Assembly (NCBI GenBank): GCA_964016885.1
Contig: OZ024742.1
Span: 272,118,001-272,182,000 of the forward strand
Direction of reading: 5' to 3'
DNA: 64,000 nucleotides
DNA from: Eledone cirrhosa
Lineage: Eukaryota
The notes beneath the pieces are model-generated. The model did not search any database and was not told the DNA's origin. It saw nothing but the letters and a program-made list of their open reading frames with translations. Positions 11,951-23,700 of this stretch are shown piece by piece; position 1 is the stretch's first letter; each line of letters opens with the position of its first letter. A program made the position numbers and the translations under genes.

Positions 11951-14900
11951 TAACTCCCCTTCCCGGCTAAAAGTGGAGGGTGGGGCAATCCTCACGATGC
12001 CCAGCACTCCACATAGCGTGTGTTGACACCAGATGGACCGTCTCACCATTGAAGCGCGTCCCTTCCACAAAAAGCGAAAGAGCAAACGCTCCAGAGAAGT
12101 CAGCCGAGGCTTAGGACAAGGCACGACTATCATGCGGTAGTAGATTACGGACGCGATGTACGCATTCGCCACCTCCGCTCCACCTTCCAGGGATAGCTTC
12201 CTCTCTTCCCATTTCTGGGTGAGAGAAGCCACCTTGTTCGTCACTTCTTCCCAGTTTTTGTCCGTCTGGAGATCGTCTGGACCGAACCAGACCCCTAGCA
12301 ATTTAACCGGTCCCTCCGTCCAGAGCCCGACGACGCTGTTGGACGGCATGGAACTGCTTCTCCAGGTGTCGAGCTGCAAGCCCACCGACTTTTCCTGGTT
12401 GATCATTGCTCCTGTCACCGCTTCGTATTTTCGTAGTGTAGTGCCGATCACCTCGATATGTTTGGCGTTCGACACCAATACGGTGACATCGTTCGCATAT
12501 GCTGACATGTATTTTCCGCATCCTTGTTCGCGCGGGACCACCCTCAACCTCTCCAGTTTGTGCAGTAATGGCTCGAGAGTGAATACGTAAAAGAGGGACG
12601 AGAGGGGACATCCTTGGCGAACCGAGCGCATGATGTTGAACGGTTCCGAAAGGTGACAGTTCACTCTCACCACAGAGCAGATGTCGCTGAGCATGGCATC
12701 GATCCAGCCTCTGGAGACGGGCCCTAAGCCATCCGCACTCAGGACTGCCTGATGATCGACCCTATCGATGGCTTTCGACTGATCTAAATTGATCAAGTAC
12801 CCATCCGTGCCAGGTTCCCTATCTAACCTCCCCACGATGTATCGCATGAGGTGGAGGTTGTCGTGGATTGACCTGTCTGGAAAGGCACATGTCTACGCCT
12901 CTCCCACCAGACCACCAACGACAAGCGCCAAGCTATTTGCTAGCACCTTTGCCAAAATCTTGAACGCTGTGTTTAGCAGAGTGATGGGCCTGAAATTATC
13001 TATGTCATACCCCTCGTTCGGATCCTTTCTCAGCAGCGCCTCCGCTCTTCGGCTCACAGAGCTGGGAAATCTCCCGTTCTATTGCCAGTTGCAGTAGATG
13101 TCCGCCAAGAGGCCTCCGAACAAGTCTGGCATCTGTATGTAAAATTCATAGGGCACACCGTCCAAACAAGTTAATTTGCACCTGTGCAGCCAGTCATTGC
13201 CACGCTGCACGTACGTCGGCCGGGATAGTTTTACTAAGCTCCGGGTTAAATTGTCTAACTAGTTCTCCCTCTGCTCTATTTATCTCTATTGCTAATGCCT
13301 TACTAAACCTAATGGACTCTATTATAATCGCTCTTTTCAGAGCAAACCACAATTTGTTGTTGACGATGGCCCCACTCAACGCCCGCTTAACTAGTTCGAT
13401 AATCAGGTCTCCGTAGGCTTCGCACTGTTAATGACGCGTTTAGCTTCCAGTAGCCGGGTCCCGGTCTATGAAGCCTATCTAATTCAACCTCACAGATCAC
13501 GAATTTGTGGTCCGTGTACTCGACTATTTTGAAATGTGGACAGCCTATGCTAGACCCATCTATTTCCCTACAAAATACCCTATCTAGATATGATCTGGAT
13601 GACCCGATGCGGTTTGTCTATGTCCACATTGACACATTTGGGAAATCCAGACGGCACCTGTGAGCTTTTACACCCTCCTCCCCTATCCGCTAATCCCACA
13701 CAGTCCCAGCGTGCATCTAAGATCCCATTCCAGTCGCCCACTAACACTAAAGAGCGGGACGGTCCAAGAAAGGTCTCCAGACGCCAGAAGAAATCAGACC
13801 GCCCAGCCCCTGTCGGAGCATAGTCGGCCACTAGCCTAAACGTTTGTCCGTCTCCGCCTGGTCACGTCCAGCACCACCAACTTACCTACTGGGTCCAGGA
13901 AGATAGCGAGATCCAATCCTCAGGCCACGCGCATTTATGCTGCCTATTCTGAGTGAGGTCATGTTGAAAAGGAGTGGACACAGATGGGAAAGACCACTTA
14001 CTTCACTTCTCAAGGAGGAAGGATGGTTTTCCATGCCTCTCACTGTTTGTGGCCTCATTCGGAAGGATGTCCATATAAATCCTCCTGTAGAGTGTTTGTC
14101 GGAACTCTCCGATGTCCTTGCGGATTTTTTGTTTTAGTGTCGTGTACTTTTTCTGGGTGATGCGAGTGATTTGTATATGTGGAAGTGGTGTGAATTTTTG
14201 GGGTGTTGTGTAGTCTTTTTCTGTGATGCTGGTGTTGTGTTGGGTGTAGTGTAATAATTGCTTGTTGTTCAAATTAAATGCTGTGTAGTGTGTATCGTTT
14301 TGTTTGTTTTGATTTGTTTGCGTTTGTTGTCGGTTTGTTTCTGTTTCGCTTTTTGGTGACGTTTGTGGTGATGGTGATGGTGATTGTGGGGTAAATGATG
14401 GCGGTGGTGTTGGTGTTTGTGGTGATGGGGCTGGTGATGCTGGTGTGGGTGGTGGCATAGCTGTCTTAACTATTTTCTTTGTTTCCCCCTCTATTTTGTT
14501 TTTGTAGAGTGAAGGATGGGGATTTTTTCTCTTTTGGGTTCTCTTTTATTTTTAATTTTTTCCTGATACAGTTTCCCACTCCTCCTCATCGTCACAATCT
14601 GTCTCAAGTTGCGATATGTCGTGGAGTGGAAAATCCTCCACAGGCGTTGGTGCTAGTTCTGGCGTGGTGGATGGTGGAGGTGCTGGTTTTGCTACTGTTG
14701 CTGGGGTTGTTGCTGCTATATTTGCTTCCGTTGTTGCTGTTATAGTTGTTGCTGCTATTTCTAATGCTGGTAGTTTTGATGGTTGATTCACTGAGGTGGG
14801 TAGGATGGGTGGCATCAACTTTTTAGCCTGAGGGTAGAAAGCCTTTAGGTGGGTTCCTTCACCAAAAACCACAAACCTAGGCTTTCTACCCTCAACGACT

Positions 14901-16117
14901 ACGGTGAGGTGGCTGCCGTCATTGAGGTCTATCACCTCTGGAATTTCCTCAATGTTTTTTTGGTCCACTTGGATCAGGAGATCTTCCCAGATCCAGACCA
15001 GTTCTCCTGCTTTTCTTTTGTTACCTCAATTATTTTCGTGTTGGCCTCGATGCCGGCCATTAGCCAGGCAATTTCGATGGCCGCGGAACATGGGTCATCC
15101 TGATCTTCACGAAACTTTGATCACAATAGCTTGGGACGAGTGTGAAATCGTCACTTCTTAATGGCGCCATGGAGTGCTCTATGGCTTCCTGTCGGGTTCC
15201 AAAAAATACGTCCGCGTTTCCATATAACTGCCCACGTCTGATGTGGGTTTTTTTCGACCACAGTTGTCCCAAAGCTTTTTGTGTCTGGGACTCAGATGCC
15301 CGTTCCACTCGGCGTAATATTGTGTTTATCGTCCCATAGGACACGGTGCTTAGGCGCCGATGCTCCATTTTATTAGATGGTGGGGTCGGCGGGGTGGGGT
15401 GGGGCTGATACTGTACACATCTTTTTTTACCATTTTATTGGCTTCGTTTAATTCATCTTGGCTTACCTCGATTGTTTCGCATCTCTTGGCTCCTTTGGCA
15501 AACGACACATTATGTTTTGCGTTGGTCTTAATGTTGTTATTGTTATTCTCATTGTTGTTGTTGTTGCTGTTGTGATTATTGTTATTTTTGTTATTTTTAT
15601 TTTGAGTTTCAGTTGTGGTGGCGTCAGTAGTGTTCGGCTTGGAAGACTCGATTCTGGGTGAATCCATTTTGATGTTACCGGATAATTTTTTTTTGTTTCT
15701 GTTGTCGCTGCAGTGGTGGTGGGGGTGGTGGCTTTAACACCTGCAGTTTTTGGTAATGGCGGAAATGAATGTCTGCATGTGACAAACTTTAATTATTGCC
15801 ACTGCTTATATTTTTAATGTTGGCAAGCGTAGTAATGTCTACAATGGGGGTGGTGGGATGTGTTGGTCTGTTAGAAAGCCTGCCAGCTTTGTGTGGCTGA
15901 GAACCATCCATGTTTTTTCAAAGAAAATGTTTGTTTGATAATTATAAAAGTTTAAATTTTGCGCTCAAGGCTGCAATCTTTTTGAGTGTCCTTTTCAGAA
16001 AGCAATATATGTGAACTTATGAACCTCAAATATGTTCCATAACTGTAAATTTGAAACAACTGAACACAACAAACCTTTGCAGAGTACACGATAATACGAT
16101 TTCCTACGTAGGTCGCC
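11951..16117 (-). mobile_element. Tx1-like retrotransposon, copy C (subfamily A body, several internal deletions, intact 5' end)
   Basis: Collinear with copy A. Includes the RT fragment 11861-12847 (LDQSKAIDRVDH, SVRQGCPLS, AYANDV), APE fragments, ORF1 remnants, and the same 5' terminus GGCGACCTACGTAGG ending at 16117. Confidence 0.88.
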
Positions 16118-16716
16118 AATGATAATAATAATAGGGATTTCTATATTGGCCACAAGGGCTGACATCAAGAAAAACGTTACAGACGGCACAGGATGGTACA
16201 GGACGGTACTATGTGGGTTTTGTGCGTGTAAAGATTTTTATTATTTATATAAGAACGAACAAGAAAAAAGGCCATAGAAACATATATATATATATATATA
16301 AACAATAAAAGTGAAAATTCAAACAATGAAAAATTCCCTAATAGGGGAGAAACCTCTGAGGAGTTACACGTGCCGAAAACCACACAGAAGGCCACGGCCA
16401 CCCTGACAAACCAGGGCAAGCGCCCTCTTTCAATTTTTCCATTCCTCAAAGTACAAGCGTACATTCACTCGGACCATTCTCGCTCCATTCACCCATCTTT
16501 TGACAAACTTGCTAGAAGACAGCACTTGCTTCTTCACCCTGATTTTTCTCTTGAAGTGAAACTTGAAAAAGGTTAATCAGGGATTTGCCGAAGAGGAAAG
16601 TGTCTGTATTTAACCCTTTCAACCGTGTGAACCACACAATCTCTTTCGCCATGGCCACTGGCAGATGAAAACCCCTGCCCTTCCTCCTCGAAGGAAGACG
16701 GCGAGACCATCTGTAC
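16118..16716 (-). mobile_element. Tx1 subfamily B, short 5'-truncated copy D
   Basis: AATGATAATAATAAT tail, 3' UTR and ORF2 C-terminus paralleling 5884-6492. Confidence 0.85.
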
Positions 16717-16717
16717 A

Positions 16718-16838
16718 GAAATTGTTTCTACTTGTGGCAGAAGGTCAGGAATTATACTAGTGCATTACTGGTACATTATTTCATCGACCCCGTAAGGATG
16801 AATGGGAAATTTAACATTGGTGGGATTTGAACTCAGAT
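16718..16838 (-). mobile_element. tRNA-derived SINE, 5'-truncated and diverged
   Basis: Matches the full copy at 60039-60225 (ATCGACCCCGTAAGGATGAA...GGGATTTGAACTCAG; B-box GAGTTCAAATCCC on the minus strand). Confidence 0.8.
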
Positions 16839-17272
16839 AATAATAATAACTAGCAGAATTGCCAGGCGTTGCTCGGTATTCTGAACATAGATTGCCGTGT
16901 TTATCCCTCCTTTCTAAAACAGTACAGAGAAGTACGGAATACCCGGCCTCGTGATGGTGTCGACATTTTGTGCATATAAAAAAATAATTCATCGATAGTA
17001 CGTCAGCAATGAGAACAATATTTGCCCTAGGTATCTTATATATTTGATATATATTTATCCTCATCGAGTCTCGTAAAATAGGTATGTTTGTTTATATTTT
17101 GTTATTGTGCATGCAAAAATATGTGTACACTGATATATAATTATATATATATATTAAAATAACAGAAAGTTTAAGCAAATATTCGCTGATTTCGCCCTTA
17201 ACGGAACCTTCTGAAGCTAAAAATATCAACATGTGAGCACAGACGTAAATATTTCAATAAACGTTACACACA

Positions 17273-17293
17273 CTATATATATATATATATACA

Positions 17294-17362
<69 letters not shown>
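17273..17362. repeat. (AT)n microsatellite, left flank of the satellite array
   Basis: Direct reading. Confidence 0.95.
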
Positions 17363-17364
<2 letters not shown>

Positions 17365-17627
17365 TAAATCATGTGTTTAGAATTATTAGATAAAATATAT
17401 ACCGTTTCTTCTTCCAATTAGCATAATTAACCATGTAAAAAATCAATTAGACCAAGCTATAAGAAGAAAGGCTCTTATGAAGAAATCTTCGACAAATAAC
17501 CGAAAGTGGCCTCTTCGCGGTGACCCCAACATTTCGACAGCATGTGGAAACTGACTAAATATATCATCAGCCATACACAATTAGGTGTAAAATTAAACTT
17601 AGAAGAAATGTGTACATACCGTAGTTA

Positions 17628-17706
17628 TATCTCTACCATGGTTTCATCCGTATTTTTAGACATCCAATTAATAGGAATATCCTGAGTTACGATTCATCAG
17701 GAGACA
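17628..17706 (-). ncRNA. Type I hammerhead ribozyme motif (first monomer; one per monomer throughout the array)
   Basis: Minus strand: UGUCUC-CUGAUGA-AUCG...GGAU-GAAA-CCAUGG-UA-GAGAUA. Folded by eye. Confidence 0.7.
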
Positions 17707-20700
17707 AACTCAAAATCAGACATCTAGTTTTTCAACCTGATCGCGCCGAAATTAGATTCAAATATGGCTAAGAATCGCTATGTGGCTGTGGTCAAGCTAG
17801 AAAGAATGTGATTGGCTGCTTACGGTGGGTAGGCTTGTTGCTAGAAAGCGCAGCCAGATATCGCCAAATTTAATCTCAACCTAACAGGAGATTATTAAAT
17901 ATAAAGTTTTACATATACATAAAGTTATGGATATATATGTTGCAACTGGTCACTTTTAAGCTCTATGAAGAATTAATAAATTAAATAATCAGAGCAATAT
18001 ATAATAAATCATGTCTTTAGAATTATTAGATAAAATATATACCGTTTCTTCTTCCAATTAGCATAATTAAACCATATAAAAAATCAATTAGACCAAGCCA
18101 TAAGAAGAAAGGCTCTTATGAAGAAATCTTCGACAAATAACCGAAAGTGGCCTCTTCGCGGTGACCCCAATATGGTATATTTAGCCAACATTTCGACAGC
18201 ATGTGGAAACTGACTAAAAATATCATCAACCATACACAATTAGGTGTAAAATTAAACTTTAAAAAAATGTGTACATACCGTAATTATATCTCTACCATGG
18301 TTTCATCCGTATTTTTAGACATCCAATTAATAGGAATGCCCTGAGTTAGGATTCATCAGGAGTCAAACTCAAAATCAGACATCGAGTTTTTCAACCTGAT
18401 CGCGCCGAAATTAGATTTAAAAATGGCTAAGAATCGCTGTGGCTGAGGTCAAGCTAGAAAGTATGTGATTGGCTGCTTACGGCGGATAGGCTTGTTTCTA
18501 GAAAGCGCAGCCAGATATCGCCAAATTTAATCTCAACCTAATGGAAGATTATTAAATATAAAGTTTTACATATACATAAAGTTATAGATATATATGTTGC
18601 AACTGGTCACTTTTAAGCTATATGAAGAATTAATAAATTAAATAATCAGAGCAATATATCATAAATCATGTCTTTAGAATTATTAGATAAAATATATATC
18701 GTTTCTTCTTCCAATTAGCATAATTAACCATATAAAAAATCAATTAGACCAAGTTATAAGAAGATAGGCTCTTATGAAGAAATCTTCGACAAATAACCGA
18801 AAGTGGCCTCTTCGCAGTGACACCAATCTAGTATATTTATCCAACATTTCGACAGCATGTGGAAACTGACTAAATATATCATCAACCATACACAATTAGG
18901 TGTAAAATTAAACTTAGAAGAAATGTGTACATACCGTAATTATATCTCTACCATGGTTTCTTCCGTATTTTTAGACATCAAATTAATAGGAATGCCCTGA
19001 GTTACGATTCATCAGGAGTCAAACTCAAAATCAGACATCGAGTTTTTCAACCTGATCGCGCCGAAATTAGATTCATAAATGGCTAAGAATCGCTATGTGG
19101 CTGTGTGTCAAGCTAGAAAGTATGTGATTGGCTGCTTACGGCGGGTAGGCTTGTTTCTAGAAAGCGCAGCCAGATATCGCCAAATTTAATCTCAACCTAA
19201 TGGGAGATTATTAAATATAAAGTTTTACATAGACATAAAGTTATAGATATATATGTTGCAACTGGTCACTTTTAAGCTATATGAAGAATTAATAAATTAA
19301 ATAATCAGAGCAATATATCATAAATCATGTCTTTAGAATTATTAGATAAAATATATATCGTTTCTTCTTCCAATTAGCATAATTAACTATATAAAAAATC
19401 AATTAGACCAAGCTATAATAAGAAAGACTCTTATGAAGAAATCTTCGACAAATAACCGAAAGTGCCCTCTTCGCGGTGACGCCGATATGGTATATTTATC
19501 CAACATTTCTACAGCATGTGGAAACTGACTAAATATATCATAAAACATACACAATTAGGTGTAAAATTAAACAGTAGAAGAAATGTGTACATACCGTAAT
19601 TATATCTCTACCATGGTTTCATCCGTATTTTTAGACATCCAATTAATAGGAATGCCCTGAGTTAGGCTTCATCAGGAGTCAAACTCAAAATCAGACATCG
19701 AGTTTTTCAACCTGATCGCGCGAAATTAGATTCAAAAATGGCTAAGAATCACTGTGGCTGTGGTCAAGCTAGAAAGTATATGATTGGCTGCTTACGGCGG
19801 GTAGGCTTGTTTTTAGAAAGCGCAGCCAGATATCGCCAAATTTAATCTCAACCTAATGGGAGATTATTAAATATAAAGTTTTACATAGACATAAAGTTAT
19901 AGATATATATGTTGCAACTGGTCACTTTTAAGCTATATGAAGAATTAATAAATTAAATAATCAGAGCAATATATCATAAATCATGTCTTTAGAATTATTA
20001 GATAAAATATATACCGTTTCTTCTTCCAATTAGCATAATTAAACCATATAAAAAATCAATTAGACCAAGCCATAAGAAGAAAGGCTCTTATGAAGAAATC
20101 TTCGACAAATAACCGAAAGTGGCCTCTTCGCGGTGACCCCAATATGGTATATTTAGCCAACATTTCGCCAGTATGTGGAAACTGACTAAATATATCATCA
20201 ACCATACACAATTAGGCGTAAAATTAAACTTAGAAGAAATGTGTACATACCGTAATTATATCTCTACCATGGTTTCATCCGTATTTTTAGACATCCAATT
20301 AATAGGAATGCCCTGAGTTAGGATTCATCAGGAGTCAAACTCAAAATCAGACATCAAGTTTTTCAACCTGATCGCGCCGAAATTAGATTAAAAAATGGCT
20401 AAGAATCGCTGTGGCTGAGGTCAAGCTAGAAAGTATGTGATTGGCTGCTTACGGCGGGTAGGCTTGTTTCAAGAAAGCGCAGCCAGATATCGCCAAATTT
20501 AATCTCAACCTAATGGGAGATTATTAAATATAAAGTTTTACATATACATAAAGTTATAGATATATATGTTGCAACTGGTCACTTTTAAGCTATATGAAGA
20601 ATTAATAAATTAAATAATCAGAGCAATATATCATAAATCATGTCTTTAGAATTATTAGATAAAATATATATCGTTTCTTCTTCCAATTAGCATAAATAAC

Positions 20701-23700
20701 CATATAAAAAATCAATTAGACCAAGTTATAAGAAGATAGGCTCTTATGAAGAAATCTTTGACAAATAACCGAAAGTGGCCTCTTCGCAGTGACACCAATA
20801 TAGTATATTTATCCAACATTTCGACAGCATGTGGAAACTGACTAAATATATCATCAACCATACACAATTAGGTGTAAAATTAAACTTAGAAGAAATGTGT
20901 ACATACCGTAATTATATCTCTACCATGGTTTCTTCCGTATTTTTAGACATCCAATTAATAGGAATGCCCTGAGTTACGATTCATCAGGAGTCAAACTCAA
21001 AATGAGACATCGAGTTTTTCAACCTGATCGCGCCGAAATTAGATTCATAAATGGCTAAGAATCGCTGTGGCTGAGGTCAAGCTAGAAAGTATGTGATTGG
21101 CTGCTTACGGCGGATAGGCTTGTTTCTAGAAAGCGCAGCCAGATATCGCCAAATTTAATCTCAACCTAATGGAAGATTATTAAATATAAAGTTTTACATA
21201 TACATAAAGTTATAGATATATATGTTGCAACTGGTCACTTTTAAGCTATATGAAGAATTAATAAATTAAATAATCAGAGCAATATATCATAAATCATGTC
21301 TTTAGAATTATTAGATAAAATATATATCGTTTCTTCTTCCAATTAGCATAATTAACCATATAAAAAATCAATTAGACCAAGTTATAAGAAGATAGGCTCT
21401 TATGAAGAAATCTTCGACAAATAACCGAAAGTGGCCTCTTCGCAGTGACACCAATATAGTATATTTATCCAACATTTCGACAGCATGTGGAAACTGACTA
21501 AATATATCATCAACCATACACAATTAGGTGTAAAATTAAACTTAGAAGAAATGTGTACATACCGTAATTATATCTCTACCATGGTTTCTTCCGTATTTTT
21601 AGACATCAAATTAATAGGAATGCCCTGAGTTACGATTCATCAGGAGTCAAACTCAAAATCAGACATCGAGTTTTTCAACCTGATCGCGCCGAAATTAGAT
21701 TCATAAATGGCTAAGAATCGCTATGTGGCTGTGTGTCAAGCTAGAAAGTATGTGATTGGCTGCTTACGGCGGGTAGGCTTGTTTCTAGAAAGCGCAGCCA
21801 GATATCGCCAAATTTAATCTCAACCTAATGGGAGATTATTAAATATAAAGTTTTACATAGACATAAAGTTATAGATATATATGTTGCAACTGGTCACTTT
21901 TAAGCTATATGAAGAATTAATAAATTAAATAATCAGAGCAATATATCATAAATCATGTCTTTAGAATTATTAGATAAAATATATATCGTTTCTTCTTCCA
22001 ATTAGCATAATTAACTATATAAAAAATCAATTAGACCAAGCTATAATAAGAAAGACTCTTATGAAGAAATCTTCGACAAATAACCGAAAGTGCCCTCTTC
22101 GCGGTGACGCCGATATGGTATATTTATCCAACATTTCTACAGCATGTGGAAACTGACTAAATATATCATAAAACATACACAATTAGGTGTAAAATTAAAC
22201 AGTAGAAGAAATGTGTACATACCGTAATTATATCTCTACCATGGTTTCATCCGTATTTTTAGACATCCAATTAATAGGAATGCCCTGAGTTAGGCTTCAT
22301 CAGGAGTCAAACTCAAAATCAGACATCGAGTTTTTCAACCTGATCGCGCGAAATTAGATTCAAAAATGGCTAAGAATCACTGTGGCTGTGGTCAAGCTAG
22401 AAAGTATATGATTGGCTGCTTACGGCGGGTAGGCTTGTTTTTAGAAAGCGCAGCCAGATATCGCCAAATTTAATCTCAACCTAATGGGAGATTATTAAAT
22501 ATAAAGTTTTACATAGACATAAAGTTATAGATATATATGTTGCAACTGGTCACTTTTAAGCTATATGAAGAATTAATAAATTAAATAATCAGAGCAATAT
22601 ATCATAAATCATGTCTTTAGAATTATTAGATAAAATATATACCGTTTCTTCTTCCAATTAGCATAATTAAACCATATAAAAAATCAATTAGACCAAGCCA
22701 TAAGAAGAAAGGCTCTTATGAAGAAATCTTCGACAAATAACCGAAAGTGGCCTCTTCGCGGTGACCCCAATATGGTATATTTAGCCAACATTTCGCCAGC
22801 ATGTGGAAACTGACTAAATATATCATCAACCATACACAATTAGGCGTAAAATTAAACTTAGAAGAAATGTGTACATACCGTAATTATATCTCTACCATGG
22901 TTTCATCCGTATTTTTAGACATCCAATTAATAGGAATGCCCTGAGTTAGGATTCATCAGGAGTCAAACTCAAAATCAGACATCAAGTTTTTCAACCTGAT
23001 CGCGCCGAAATTAGATTAAAAAATGGCTAAGAATCGCTGTGGCTGAGGTCAAGCTAGAAAGTATGTGATTGGCTGCTTACGGCGGGTAGGCTTGTTTCAA
23101 GAAAGCGCAGCCAGATATCGCCAAATTTAATCTCAACCTAATGGGAGATTATTAAATATAAAGTTTTACATATACATAAAGTTATAGATATATATGTTGC
23201 AACTGGTCACTTTTAAGCTATATGAAGAATTAATAAATTAAATAATCAGAGCAATATATCATAAATCATGTCTTTAGAATTATTAGATAAAATATATATC
23301 GTTTCTTCTTCCAATTAGCATAAATAACCATATAAAAAATCAATTAGACCAAGTTATAAGAAGATAGGCTCTTATGAAGAAATCTTTGACAAATAACCGA
23401 AAGTGGCCTCTTCGCAGTGACACCAATATAGTATATTTATCCAACATTTCGACAGCATGTGGAAACTGACTAAATATATCATCAACCATACACAATTAGG
23501 TGTAAAATTAAACTTAGAAGAAATGTGTACATACCGTAATTATATCTCTACCATGGTTTCTTCCGTATTTTTAGACATCCAATTAATAGGAATGCCCTGA
23601 GTTACGATTCATCAGGAGTCAAACTCAAAATGAGACATCGAGTTTTTCAACCTGATCGCGCCGAAATTAGATTCATAAATGGCTAAGAATCGCTGTGGCT

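Noticed and set aside
11861-12847. 328-aa ORF as a functional reverse transcriptase
   Set aside because: The catalytic YADD reads YAND, the N-terminal RT motifs are out of frame, and the C-terminus is deleted.
672-15575. Numerous plus-strand ORFs of 60-216 aa
   Set aside because: They are antisense shadows of Tx1 ORF1/ORF2 or low-complexity tracts, with no independent protein motifs.
16825-16849. Tx1 tails next to the SINE B-box here and at ~52360 suggested tRNA/SINE-specific targeting by Tx1
   Set aside because: At 52218-52389 a 21-bp TSD shows that the SINE inserted into the Tx1 tail, not the reverse. That leaves one ambiguous case.
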